From Octopus sinensis (lineage: Eukaryota): DNA of 64,000 nucleotides. Below are positions 50,501-64,000 of the stretch, piece by piece; the first letter of the stretch is position 1; every line of letters begins with the position of its first letter. The stretch covers positions 118,854,001-118,918,000 of the forward strand of contig NC_042997.1 in NCBI RefSeq assembly GCF_006345805.1, given 5' to 3'. Below the pieces are notes generated by a model. That model saw only the letters and a list, made by a program, of their open reading frames with translations. It was not told the origin of the DNA and did no database searches. The translations under genes and the position numbers were made by a program.

Positions 50501-51689
50501 ATTTTTTAGTGTTTTAAGAGATATGCTCTCTAATTTTATGGCATTCGAAAACGAAGGTAAAACCAAGGCGGAAAGTGCAATATATAGTGAAAAACTGCAA
50601 ACTAGCGAAACGTAATCTATCTACAAAAAATACTGAAATACGGCAGCAGACTTCTTGGGAAAGCTATACCACCACTTTACTAATCCTGTGTCAACGAAAT
50701 CTATTTGTCGAGAGTTCCATTAAGCGCTACAATAGCACTTACATGGGGTGTTGAGAATATGCATATTACTGGGTAACATCATGTTCATTTACGAAGAATT
50801 AATGCGACTTATCAAAATGATCAATTAGACCCTTCTTTCCTGACAGTATCGTGACTGCTCCCATTTACTTGCTGCGACAATATGTCAGGACAAGAATGCA
50901 AGAATACGTAAAAGATGTGGTGTTCTATTTCCAGCGAGATTTGGCAATTTCAAACTATCAGAGTTGTATAAATGTCTAACTTGATGAGATTTTGCTAAAC
51001 AAGTGGATTTGACGAAGAGGTTCAGTAGAATACACTCTGCGTTCACTGACCCTCGTGCTCTAAGTTAGGGCAACTATATGTAAAAGGTCAGCCTGATTGC
51101 AAAGACAGTTTTAAGCGCGTTTCTGCTCTCTTGTGAGATGTAGTGTCAAGCTTTATATAGTTATAATAGAAGTTCGTTTGCGTTCGATTATTTACACACT
51201 TTTGCATTTGGTTATTCACGAATTACACACGCGTATGTCAATAAAATTGCAATCAACTACCCAATTCTTCTGATCAATGTATACTGTCCATAGGTGTAAC
51301 TACTTTCTTGTGACATATTTTAGATTTGTATGGCATTCAACCAACGATACTTGCATTGTAAGCTGTATTTCAAACCATATTATAGCAACAAAATAATTCA
51401 TTATTGAATCATAACTTTAAGAAAATCGCACGCTATAATAGGATTCCATTTCTAATATTCTTCTTTTCTTCCTAGGTATTATTGACGCTACCGAGTCCAA
51501 CCAAGGAGTTTATAGTAAATGGCAGCACAGAGGAATATTAATACAACATTGAATAATTGGTTTCTGCAATGTAATGCGATGATGAAGGTGATGCTGCTGC
51601 TGCGGATGGAGATGATGATGATGATAATAATAAAAATTGATAACAAAACAAAATCAAGAATAAATAACATGAACCTGGCCGTCAAAAAA

Positions 51690-53215
51690 CTAATTGTCAC
51701 AGAAACAAATGTCAATATGACCAGGATAAATTATGTGATATATGCAGTAGCTTCTGTAGCCACAAAACAAGCTGGTGACACCTGAAACCGATCCAAACAA
51801 GAGTATTACCACCCAAACAAATCCTGTGGATAAATAATATCTAGAAACAAAATACAAAATTAAAGAAAGGTTCTGTCAAGCCTTAATGAAACTAGTAGAC
51901 AATCAATACTACTAAACAACAAGAAGAGATGAAAAATACTACGTAAATACAAAATTACAGAACAAGGTATACTTGAGGTGAAAGAACAGCTACAGCAGGA
52001 TATCCTCACCATCGTACAAAGAATTTGCCGGTAGGGGAAACGCCAACGCTTCTTTGAACAAAACAAACAATTCAACTCCCTTCCCCAGATATTTTTCCAA
52101 GAACTTGGTTAAAATAAAATAGAGCAGAAGTGGAAGAATTTTGGAAAGTAGTATCGTTGGCGAAGGAACAACCTCAGAAAAGATCTATCAAAATAACAAA
52201 CACAGTACCTGAACAACTCTATAACAACTGAAGAGGTCACCGAGGCACTGCAAAAACTAAACATCTGGAAAGCACCCAGGTACGACAAGATCCCCAAATT
52301 CTGTTTAAAATATCTAACACGTATACATAAAACGCTGGCTGAGAAATTTAATGAAATACTAGCAGAATGCCTGAATGGCTCACAGAAAGGAAAGCTATCC
52401 TAATTCTCAAATCCACTGAAACTGCAAACCCACAAAATCACAGACCAATAACTTTTCTCTCTATAATTTCAAAGATTTTACTGCAATAATATCGCAGATA
52501 ATGGGCAAGCATTTGGAAGAAAACGACCTGTTTCCAGAAGAGCGGAAGGGATGCTGCAAGAGCTCATTGGATGTAAAGATCAGATATTGATCAATAAAGT
52601 AATAACTGTAAACCGACATAGGAAAAAGAAGGTTCTAAGTATAGATTGGATCGATGATCGAAAGGCTTTTGATAGCATTCCCAATGCATGGATCCTAGAA
52701 ACACTATCCATGAACAATGTAGCACCCTAATCATAAAATATATAAAATATTCCATGTATAAGTGGCAAACAGTGCTACAGCTCCAGACAAAAGAGTGACT
52801 CATAAAAGTCAAAGCTATCCCCATTAGAAGAGGAATATTCCAGGGAGACACGCTCTCTCCACTTCTTTTCTGCTTCGCACTGACGCCATTATCTGAAATA
52901 CTAAACAGAACTGGACGTAGATACAACTCTTATAGCAAAACAATCAGCCGTCTCTTGTGTATGGATGATTTAAACTGGGTGCTGCAAATCCTAAACAGCT
53001 GGAAACATTACTACAGACAGTATATGGATTTACCAAAGAAACAAACATGAAATTTAGCTTTAAAAAATGTGCCAAAAATAACCTTGAAAAGAGAAACACT
53101 AGTTAAGAGTAACAACATTACACTGGATAAAGCAAAAGAAATACGAAAATCAAACCAAACCCAGACACAAATACGAAGTAATCAATGAACTAGATACGAT
53201 ACAACGCACAAGCAC
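51690..53215 (+). mobile_element. Degraded R4/Dong-like (RLE-type) LINE reverse transcriptase
   Basis: WKAPRYDKIP, HRPIT, WIDDRKAFDSIPNAWI, RGIFQGDTLSPLLFCFALTPLSEILN and ISRLLCMDDL, with many frameshifts. Confidence 0.8.
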
Positions 53216-53216
53216 T

Positions 53217-55684
53217 TTAACCAGTTTACGGCGGTGATTCATTCGTTTGCCTGCGCGCGGCAACGGTAACCTCGCCGACTGAGGTCAGCACATAGTGTGA
53301 GATAACGTTTCGGATATATTTACGTCAAGTGCTTTAGTGCAACTACTGTTTATTTACCTAAAATATATTCCTGTGCAAGACTCTTATGCGGTATTATTCC
53401 TGAATAAGATCACTCGACAGCACAAATCAGATCAATTTCATGTATTTACAATCCTGTGAAAATTGACTTTAGTGTGGTAAATTCAAAGCAGGGTGCCGCA
53501 CGCAGTGGCACATCACATTGCATCTACCTTCCTCGTGTTTCCCTTTTACTTTACATACTGTGCATCTCTTTGAAGCATTTGTCTTCTTGGCGGTGGAGAG
53601 AAACAGTCGAGGAAAATGGCCCCATTCCTTTATCATGCGGTGAGGAGAGAGTCCGGCGCAGAGAAGTCCACACTTTCTGTACTTTGACAGATCTGATGCT
53701 TCTATCATTTCATGGGACAATAGCTTCCTGAATGTCAATCCATTCCCCACACCCCCAAGCATCTACCAAATCCAATGTGAGTTCTCGACACATGCCAACT
53801 ATATAGAAATATATTTTTGCACCGTTTCACAAATTTTCTCACCGATTTGTGTCATCGCCAGCTGGTCTGAGCGATCGACACCGCCCATTCTTTAATTGTA
53901 TGAAACAATTACACTCGGTTTCATTATGGCATCACCGTCCGCACCTTGTTTCCTCCTGTCCCCTATGCTTGCAAAATACGTTATGGATAATATGCAGACG
54001 TTTTTCATGTCATGCCACACTAGAGTGAGAATACCACTATCGGTTCATAGATACGCTGTTCCCGATTTTCAATGTATTATTTTGTGAAGATCGGGCGGCA
54101 TGCTTAGTTTTTCCTCTGTGTGTTTACAGTCCCACAGGTATTAGTCCTCCTCGCGTGCAGCTGTTGGAAGATAAATGTCTGGACTGGAAAACCAGCTGTC
54201 CATATAAATATTTTAGCATTTGTAAAACAAGTTTTCATTCAGCGACAACACACATGAGTTGACGCAAGAGTAGATGCTAGAAGATCTAATCTGTCTTCAC
54301 CACTATAGATTTTGTAATTCCACGTGTACCCACGTGCTCTGTCAGTTGACTGGCACACTTTATAAAGTTAGACTCCAAAGCAGGCACGTTTGGTCGCGTT
54401 GTATTGTTTCAATCGAAGCCCTCCCTTAAATTCCCACAAACGCTCGTCCGTACAAATGTTCTGTGTGGGGACATAAACTATTCTGAAATGTTCAGTGATT
54501 TCGTCAACGAGAGGGCATATTTTTGCAGCCTGTAATACTGGTTCTCGCCTCAGTTGAAATGTAGATTTCGAAGAAACGTTGAAATAAATCAATGGGAACC
54601 GTTTCCAGAAAGAAAAGTTTTGAAGTGGCTGGATCCAGATTCCTATATGATGCTAGGGTCGGTTTCTTCACGATGCTTATCAGTATCAGCAGGGCGAGCA
54701 GAACTTTGAGTTCATCCCCGGGTCTCACATGCTGGGGATGGTTTTCAGAATTTTTTGTTCGCTATATATTGAAACATTTCCTCTATCAAAAGCTCAAGGT
54801 ATTTTTCCGATGGCAAACTTCCATATTAATGATTTTCCTTTATGCCAAGCGTACCAACAACCCATACCGTTCTACAAAGTTGTCGCTCGCTCACCACACG
54901 ACATTCTGTTATTCATGGCCATCCACTGCTACCCGCCTGTACCGTTGATTCAACGGAATATCATCATCGCGGTCGGAATCATCTGATTCTGAACTAGGAA
55001 AATACTCACTCCGAGGTATCGTCCAAACCGGAAGAAACAACTGGTGAGGTAGTGGAGCTTGGTGTAACTACCAGAACGCGACGACGAAGTTGTGACAAGA
55101 CGAGACGACGATGGTGATGGAACCGTAATGGCAGGGCGCGACGATGATGGTAATTGAACCGTAGTGGCAGGACGCGATGTCGATGTTGATGGAATCGGAG
55201 TAGCAGGACGCGACAACGATGGTAATTGAATCTGAGTTGTAGAACGTGGGGAAGCATGAGTGGCATGATGTGATGATGAATGCAACAAAGTCGGTGTGGT
55301 GGTACACGAGTTTAAATTACATGTAGGACTAGAAGATCCAGCTACAGCAGAATTCCTAAGAGCACTGGCAGTATGGGATGAGAAACGTAGATTGGTTTTG
55401 AGTTGATTGGAAGCCATATTGCTAATACGATATAGTTAGCAAAATTACAGCTCCTATAGTAATAAAGCCTACGTCCGCGCGGCGAATATTTCCATGAGAC
55501 GTCTAGCCAGCCTACCGGGTTGTAAATATTGACATGAAAAATCTAATCGGCTTATCAGTAGGCAGGTGGACCGCAACTACTCAGGTGACAGGTTCTAAGT
55601 CAGTCGGTGGATAATTACGTCGGCCGATTTAAATCCTCTACATTGCGTGCGTAAATTTATGTCAACCGTTTTAAATATGTTTAA
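53217..55684 (-). mobile_element. Degraded piggyBac DNA transposon (PGBD4-like transposase)
   Basis: Minus strand ELKVLLALLILISIVKKP, ICTDERLWEFKGGLRLKQYNATKRACFGV*LYKVC..GYTWNYKIY and a Cys-rich C-terminus (RCTVCK..C). TTAA at 53217-20 and 55681-84; TIR similarity is weak. Confidence 0.8.
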
Positions 55685-57035
55685 AAGGAAAGAAGGAAAA
55701 ACACACTTCTTTTAATGTTAAATGATCCCACAAGAAGAGGGAAAGAAACAGGGTTTGGGGCTAGAGAGTAAATCCGATCTTTTGCAACCCTGCACAACAT
55801 TCGGTTTCATTTTCTCAATTTTTCAACGAGGCTCCCTCTATCCAATGGTTCCAACAATGTAAGAACGATTAATATAGATAGCTGTTTTTGTGGGTATATT
55901 CATTAATACGAACTAAAAATAATGACTGTAGTAACGTTCCCAATGTCTTTGTTTTAATTTATATGCTAAGGAACAGGGGAAGACAGTATATAATGAACTT
56001 GGATGCAAAGAGCAATTACAAATTTATGTTAAGTAAGTTTCAAAATTACTAGTTTATTGTAAATAAACACATAAATACATAGATGTACTATGCAAGCATT
56101 GTGTCCTCCATAAATTTCTTACAAAATGCTGGTACAATACAGAATGACAAATGATTGAGAATACAAAAAGAAAATGACTACTAGAAAAAAAGAGAAAACG
56201 CAACTAAAAACTAGTATATAAACTATATAGATACAAAAACACGCGCAAAAGATTCGCATAAAGAAAATAACATGCATATGTCTATGTACAAGGAAGATCA
56301 CAAAAACTTATATAAACTATCATCAAATACAGAAAAATAAATACTAATTTGAAAAGTGCAGTATTAAATAATTCAAGTAGTTGTTTATTCAGTGTAACCA
56401 TCATGAGGAAATTTGAAGTAAAAAAACGTCTGTTTTTTTTTAAAAAAATCTTTATATATATTTTCCTTGACTGATCTACAGTTTGAAAGCAATTGAAATG
56501 AAGCATCAAAACATTCTATAGTTTCAGCTCCGTGTTGCTAATTTGACTGCAGGACACCACTCTTACAATATTATACAATACTTATTGTATTTTTCACAGC
56601 CTCAGAAATTGAAAAGAAAATTTTGATAACCAAAATTATATTTGACTTCGTTTACTCACGTGTTTTTTTAATCATTCGCTTGTTTTAGTCTGCTGCCTAT
56701 GGCAAGACGAAGAAACCACCATTTTTTAAATTTGATTTTATTTCTTGATCACATAATCTCTGTATTTTTGGTTAATGAAAGAGTTGGGCATCGCTATCTT
56801 CATTTGTGTTTCTTGTTGTGGCATAGATTCGTCTGGGATGTAAAATAATGAAAACATTATTCAGTTCTTATTGAAAACACTGCTTCCATAACATTGACAA
56901 CTCTTAAACTTCTGTGCATATTACTGTGTTTTGTGCCTTTCAATACTAAGTCCATTAATCCCAAATTTATTTACATTGTTCTAGCTGCCTGAGGGCAATT
57001 ATACTTGAACTTGCTCTTCTATATTTCTCACGTAA

Positions 57036-57260
57036 AGGCAGCGAGCTGGCAGAAACGTTAGCACGCCGGGCGAAATGCGTAGCCGTATTTCGTCTGCCGT
57101 AAACGTTCTGAGTTCAAATTCCGCCGAGATCGACTTTGCCTTTCAGGGTTGATAAATTAAGTACCAGTTACGCACTGGGGTCGTTGTAATCGGCTTAATC
57201 CGTTTGTCTGTCCTTGTTTGTCCTCTCTGTGTTTAGCCCATTGTGGGTAGTAATGAAATA
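57036..57260 (+). mobile_element. Intact family C SINE with Tx1-derived tail and 16-bp TSD
   Basis: Head, uninterrupted GTATTTCGTCTGCCG site, B box and tail TGTCCTCTCTGTGTTTAGCCCATTGTGGGTAGTAATGAAATA; TSD TATATTTC(T/A)CACGTAA at 57020-35 and 57261-76. Confidence 0.9.
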
Positions 57261-58409
57261 TATATTTCACACGTAATTTAGTCGGCCTGCTGTCAGTAAA
57301 CCAAGGTTCTCTCTTATGTGGAGCTGAAGATAATTTTTCGCGAACTGAAGCTATTTTGCTCTTTTCTTTCTATCTCTAAGAAATAACGGTTTTGCGTATA
57401 CTGACCATCCTTTTTTGAACTGAACAGATATAATGTATATGACTTGCGTTATTGATATGTTTTTGCACATCTCATGTCATCATCGCGCACATAGGAACTT
57501 CTGGGCCACAACTTTTTCCGAACTTTCTCTGAATCAGTTTCCAGCCTGCTTTTGTTACAATTAAGGGCGAAATATTTCTAAGTGCCATTTTTTCTTGGCT
57601 GTCTCTTTGGTCCATACGTTTTCAGTTGTAATATATTATAGAATGTGAGAATCAATGGTGTAGCTATCACATTCTGGCAAACTTCCATGTTGTTTGAGAA
57701 GCAGTGAATAAATGAGATACCTAATTAAGATTCTGCTTGCCTTTATGCATACAATAGACTAAGCGAGAACATATTGTCATCGTACCATTGATTATTTCGG
57801 AGTTTGAAGTTATTCAAGAGGAAAGCACCCCGTTAAACCAGTTCCATTAATAACTCTTCTATCTTTCTGAAGCTTTCTTCAAATTTGTCATCTTGGCTTG
57901 AAGTAATCATTGGGCAACATAATGTACATATAACCACATAAGGTTGTTTTATATGTATTATTCCTGTCTCGCGTGGCTTCACATACATTAATCACGTAAA
58001 CAGAGTTTGTATTTAATGGAAAGATTAAGCATTTTACAAATTAATCATTAACCATGACATCTCCAGACTGACTAATCTAGTACCCGCCATGGTAGAACAC
58101 AGCGTAGTTTGAGATATTTTATATTCACATTTGTTATATTTATTCTAAGGTCTCTAAAGTATAGAATTGCTACCATTTATTAGGCTTTAAATGAACTCTA
58201 AATTAACAACATTCATTTGATGTTTGAGTAGAGATTAATAATGGAAAAACTAGATCTGTTATTTGTGGTGGCTTTGCATGTAGGCATATTTAACTCTATT
58301 CCTCTATCGCTCTCAGCTAAATCAACTGTAAGTAATATATTTCCTTGGGTGTGTATTGTGTTCAAATAGAAAAAATGTCGCTTTCTAAAACCCAATAAAA
58401 TTATGAACA

Positions 58410-58566
58410 AAATGCGTAGCCGGCATTTCGCTTGTCTCGACTTTGATTTTCATCCTTTCAAGGTCGATAAAATAAGAACCAGTTCAATACTATAAATTTC
58501 AATACTATAAATACTATAATTTAACACCTCTCCAGATATTGCTGGTTTTTGGTCATAATTTGAAAC
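58410..58566 (+). mobile_element. Diverged SINE family C fragment
   Basis: GACTTTGATTTTCATCCTTTCAAGGTCGATAAAATAAG core and short tail. Confidence 0.55.
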
Positions 58567-58657
58567 TTATAATAACTGTCAAGTTATCTTTGCACTCCAG
58601 GGTTCTTCACTACACATCTCTTTTTCGGTAGCATTATCTTTCACTATACCTTTTTAT

Positions 58658-58897
58658 TTGTTTCAGTCATTTGACTGTGGCCATGCTAGAGCACCACCTT
58701 TAGTCGAACGAATCGATCCCAGGACTTATGCTTTGGAAGCCTAGTACTTATTCTATCGGTCTCTTTTGCCGAACCACTAAATTACGGGGACATAAGCACA
58801 CCAGCATCGGTTGCCGAGCGATGTTGGGGTGGGACAAACACAGACACTTAAACACATACACACACACACACTCACACACATACATATATACATATAC

Positions 58898-58945
<48 letters not shown>

Positions 58946-59107
58946 CGACGGGCGTCTTTCTGTTTCCTTCTACCAAATCCACTCACAAGTCTTTGGTCGG
59001 TCCGAGGCTATATTAGAAGACACTTGCCCAAGGTGCCATGCAGTGGGACTGAACCTGGAACCATGTCGTTTGTAAGCAAACTACGTACTACACAGCCACT
59101 CCTACTC
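58658..59107 (-). mobile_element. SINE family B, full length
   Basis: Reverse complement of family B with internal (TA)/(CA) tract. Confidence 0.88.
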
Positions 59108-59489
59108 CTTTCTAATAAATTTAGTTATTGCCTAATAAGTTTATGTATCAATAAATATGGCTTGCAACAAAAGAATTGCTTTGTGTCACTGCATTTAAGT
59201 CATTAATCTAAGAGAACCTTAGCTTTTCTGGGTCTCGACAATTTAATTTGTTAAGTAGAAAGTGTTTCGACATTTTTCAGATCATGTTTGATCATTTTCC
59301 ATAACGAAATTTTCCAGAACTGGATCATTGTTTCATTTTCTAAATGACGATTCGGTAATTTGTTCACTAATGAGGTTAGTTTTGTTAGAATATATCTGTT
59401 TATTTGTACGTAGCAATGGAGCTCATATAATATATGTAATTTATCTGAGGAAGTTAAAATTAGGTAAAAGTGTGTATGTATGTATGTGC

Positions 59490-59546
<57 letters not shown>

Positions 59547-59836
59547 AGAAAGAGAGACAGAGGAAGAGAAAGAGAGAAGCAAGAACCAACACGGAAGATT
59601 TAAGGTACTTTCTGCTTTTTTCTGCTTTAGGAAATATGTGAGGTGAGTTTAGTACTGATTAATTGGAATACAAACTAGGGCAGAAAGAATAGAACAGAAA
59701 TGAGACAAAAAAATAGGTTTCTGTGGTGAATATCTTACTCAGAAGAAAATAGAGGAATCTAAGTTGATTCATCTTGAGAAATTTGGTAAAGAGAAATACT
59801 TAGGAAATATACATCCACGAAACGCACACACACACA

Positions 59837-59878
<42 letters not shown>

Positions 59879-60021
59879 ACAGACAAACAAATAAACAACA
59901 AATATACACAAAAATCAGAGGAAAATGAGCTTAATAGCAAATAATTAAAAGAAAGCCAAAATTAAATACAAAACGAAATGAAATATAATATTTATATTAA
60001 AATAACGGCGGGAAAAATATT

Positions 60022-60565
60022 AATTTCAAACTTTGGTACAAGGCCACTAAATTCGAGGGATTAGATAATTCGATTATATCGATCTCAGTCCTCAACTGGT
60101 ACTTATTTTATCGACCGCAAAAGGATAACAGCGGAATTTGAACACAGAAGGTAAAAACAGACGAAATTCTGCCGCCTTGAAGGACGTAAATATTCGTGGC
60201 ACTCCGTCGGTTTCGATAACGAGGGTTCCAGTTGATCCGATCAACAGAACAGCCTTCTCGTGAAATTAACTGAGCACACTACAGACATGTGTCTACCCTT
60301 AATGTAGTTCTCAGGGAAATTCAGCGTGACACAGAATGTGACGAGGCTGGCCCTTTGAAATACAGGTACAACAAAAACAGGAAGAAGAGTGAGAGAAAGT
60401 TGTGGTGAAAGTGTACTGCAGGTTTCACTACCATCCCCTGCTGGAGCTACGTGTAGCTGTAGGAATTTTTGCTCAATAAACACACACAACGTCCTTCTGG
60501 GAATCGAAACCGCGATCCTTCGACCACGAGTTCGCTGCACTAACCACTGGGCCATTGCGTTTCTA
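60022..60565 (-). mobile_element. Adjacent SINEs: family C (60022-60178) and family A (60196-60565)
   Basis: Family cores recognisable; the family A copy is flanked by a GTAAATATT duplication. Confidence 0.8.
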
Positions 60566-60987
60566 CGGTAAATATTAAGCACTAAACAAAAAGGAATCAT
60601 CGGGGAACGTATTGTCAGAAAAAAACAGATCGCAATTCTTCGAAGAAAATGAATTGCGAGCTAACACTTAATTTGTATTTTTGCATTTACACTGCTCACA
60701 CACACACACGCGCGCGCACGCACACACTCACACACATACACAAGCATACACCAGCCATAAAAGGAAATTAATTTCGAGCTAATACTTCGTTTCGTCTTTC
60801 ACCCTTACATTACCGAATCGTGAGTGGTATAAATACATTACCTAAATGTCGATATTCTCCGATGACGGAAAACAACAGCAATCTGGCAGTCGCATTCGAA
60901 TCTGCCACGGCGTATTTAGAATGAAAAGTTATGTTTCTGTTGAAATTCGCGCTGTCGAAAATTCTTATTTATTTAAGCAACCGCCAC

Positions 60988-61071
<84 letters not shown>

Positions 61072-61889
61072 TTGATAATTTTCAATAAACAAGATCTTGT
61101 ATTCTTATTAGGTGTATCGGTCTAACGCAGCATTTATTGAGGGAATACGCAATAACGTTGAAACGCCGATGTGTCTCAATTCCCCTTACTTGAGTGGATC
61201 GGGTGTGGTTTGAACTCAAATCATCTTACAGAAGGAGGTGCTCTCCGATGACGAAAAATAATTCAACTATTCACATTCAAATCTGCAACAGCGTTTTAAG
61301 ATTGAATGTACATTTCTTCAAAAGGCGACCGAAACTTTGAAAGCGAAGTTGAACTGCAAATACAATTCAGGAGGGAGTTTTAAAGATTTACTATCACATG
61401 TGTTAGGGATAATTTTGAAGCAGATAGACCAGTTCAAAACTTTCCCAATAAAGGTTCCGGAAAACAACGGATATTGATAGGCCCCAAAATGCAAGAAACG
61501 AAACTAGAAATATATTTTCGGAGTTCAAGAGAATCTGTGCGGCGGGACTTCAGAAAAGTAAGGATTTGCAAAACAAGCGGCCATCTCATTTCCAAGCGTT
61601 GTCATTAGAAATAATACTTTTCAAGTATAGTTCACGCTCACAACGAAAAAGAGAGACAAAAAGAGTAGAGTGGTACTTGGAAAGATGTGTTGAAGACTTC
61701 AACATTGAAGCTACACTTAAATCAATTGGTTCATTTTAAGCACCACAATTGAACCCACCGGGGACAGGAGAATTAGTATATGTCGGGTGAACAACATATT
61801 ATGAGAGTTACGACGTTCTGCGGCTTATCATTCACTTTTGAAGGTGCTGTGATTGACCTATTTGTTTTTGGTGATATTTGTTTCTTCTC

Positions 61890-62165
61890 GTACCATGCCT
61901 GGGTCATAAGGGCCGATTTCCCGGTTTCATTGGCGTATAGGTTCCCCACATGGATGGGACATCGGTCCGTCGCAGGTGAGATTCTGCTAGCTGCAGGACG
62001 ACAGAGTGAGAGTAAAGTGTGGCGAAAGAGTCAGCAGGAATTCGCCATTATCTTCTGCAGAGCGGCGTGGAGCTTAGCTGTTTCGCCCATAAACCCACAC
62101 ATCGCCCGGTCTGCGATTCCGATCCACGAGTCCATTGCCCTAGCCAGTAGGTCATGTTCCCCCAC
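61890..62165 (-). mobile_element. tRNA-derived SINE (family A variant as at 17551)
   Basis: TTTCCCGGTTTC, GGTTCCCCAC, AGAGTGAGAGTAAAGTGTGGCGAAAGAGTCAGCAG and ATCGCCCGGTCTG are reverse complements of the 17551 copy. Confidence 0.75.
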
Positions 62166-62706
62166 GTTTGACCTATTTACTTAAACTAATTGCGATGATC
62201 AATCATATTAAGTATTCAAGAGGACTTTTGACCAAAGGAAATTAGTCTTACCAAAAAAAAAAAAAAAGGACTACCGAGACTTCCACAGTATTTTAAGGAC
62301 TTAGTTTTAAAAACTTTGCACAATATGTAGATTTGAAGAACATCAATATAATTACCCGCAATGTTCATCAGATCTCACGCTACTAGACTGCTTATGAGGA
62401 TACCTAAAAGGTAAAATCTGCGGTACAAAACTGTTAAAGGTCGATGCACTGAGGGTAGCCACCGTACGAGAATGTATAGAAACACCGAACGAGTTGTTTC
62501 TCGATGTTTGCAATTATATGAAATGCATTATCAGTTTACAAACAGGCGTTGAAAAGTATTAAATTGTACATGTAATTGGCATTAAATTTTGAAAATAAAA
62601 CGTAATTTAAGAAACACTGACGTTATAATCATTTAATACGTGTATTCGTTTTTTCGGAACTCTCCGTATATATACATACATTACACACACACACACGAAT
62701 ACACAA

Positions 62707-62762
<56 letters not shown>

Positions 62763-64000
62763 ATATCTTTATGAATGTACGTTTGGTATTGATTTGAAAC
62801 CAGATTCTTGTCACTAGCACTTAATTAATTTCTGGATTACAAATTAGATTAAAAGATAATGTGAATTAATTTAAAAATAATTTCTCTCCGTTTTTTTTTT
62901 GTTTTGTTAATAAAATAACATCTTGTACGACAATTAATAATATTACACCAACATTTTTCATACAATATACGTGAGTTTCTGTATATCAAGGATTAGAAGA
63001 AATTAAAATACAATTTGAATTTGTGATATAGAATATCAGAACACATTATCACCTGTTAATTAAATTGGAAATATTAAACAGATTAGAATGGATTTCTTAG
63101 AAGTTAACAAGTAGTTTTAGGTGTCAATGAATAATGCTTCTTTACAAGATAACAATAATAAGATACTGAAAATAATCGTGTCAAATCATCAAATCGAAAA
63201 TATACTGTGAGCTGACGAATAGTTAGAAGCCGTACTTTTAATTGCATTTTCTTGTATTGTTTAAGCTGTGAACATTTTTGCGTAGCTATTAAATTCTTGC
63301 AATTTAGATTCATATTTCATGAGATCATAATTCAGTGTTGTATTTGTTTCGAAATAGAAGAATGTATATAGATTAAATCTGATACGTGTAAGCTGAGAAT
63401 TGTTCACAATTCTGACCACTTAATAAATTTATCTCATTCCTTTAATCAAAGTAGACATCAAAAATCTACTCCTCATCTTCATCAATTATAAAACGTTAAT
63501 TGCATAAGTGATTGATGGAAAGGGAAGGGTTACGTATGAAGTTGTCAGAAGAGAGATAGTGTAAAGCAAATACACAATTTTCAGTTAAGAATCAGTTCAA
63601 TATATTAGAATACCCTTTATTTCTTTAACAATGATTGACATTAATTTACGATTATCGGAGAATTCTTCAGGTGAAGCTAATTCAAGGAGAAATGGAAGGG
63701 AATAGTTTTGCTGTTGAGACAATGCATTAACCGAATTATAATCATATTTCTTAATGGTTAGTTTTCCATGAAGATGCTCACTATTCAAATCTAGAGTGCG
63801 TTATCCTTTCATCAATCGAATACAAGTGGATATCAAAGCATACATTCTCCAGTTATGGCCACTGAATATTTTGTGCCCAAAGGGAAAGAATTCGAGAAAG
63901 TTATTCTCCACTGTCATTTGGATAAACAAAATTAACAAAATATGTTAATGATGGGCATCCTTCGAATACATACTTTGTATATATGTCACTGTAATAATGA

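Noticed and set aside
63597-63788. 63-aa minus-strand ORF near the window end
   Set aside because: Bounded by stops with a non-ATG start; no recognisable domain.

Overview
AT-rich, repeat-saturated eukaryotic DNA with no host protein-coding gene that I can support. The microsatellite load and tRNA-derived SINE families look like an octopus/cephalopod intergenic or intronic region (inference). The main element is a near full-length Tx1-clade (L1 group) LINE at ~24179-29529. It has a CCHC ORF1 and an APE-RT-zinc finger ORF2, each broken by one frameshift, and it sits between the A and B boxes of a tRNA-derived SINE with a clear TSD. That SINE subfamily carries the LINE's own 3' stem-loop tail, and a second copy of it abuts the identical SINE site, suggesting a self-targeting LINE/SINE loop. 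Three further Tx1 fragments lie in or beside (TCTA)n or (TTA)n tracts. A full-length 5S rRNA retrocopy is fused to a SINE tail and flanked by a 14-bp TSD (candidate SINE3). About a dozen type I hammerhead-ribozyme-like motifs occur, several in tandem or inverted repeat units typical of Penelope-like elements or retrozymes. Decayed RTE, CR1-group, R4/Dong-like, Tc1/mariner, piggyBac and Gypsy relics, several MITE/foldback repeats and many SINEs fill the rest. Most short ORFs in the supplied track are microsatellite or antisense artefacts. All family assignments come from motifs read by eye; no searches were run.
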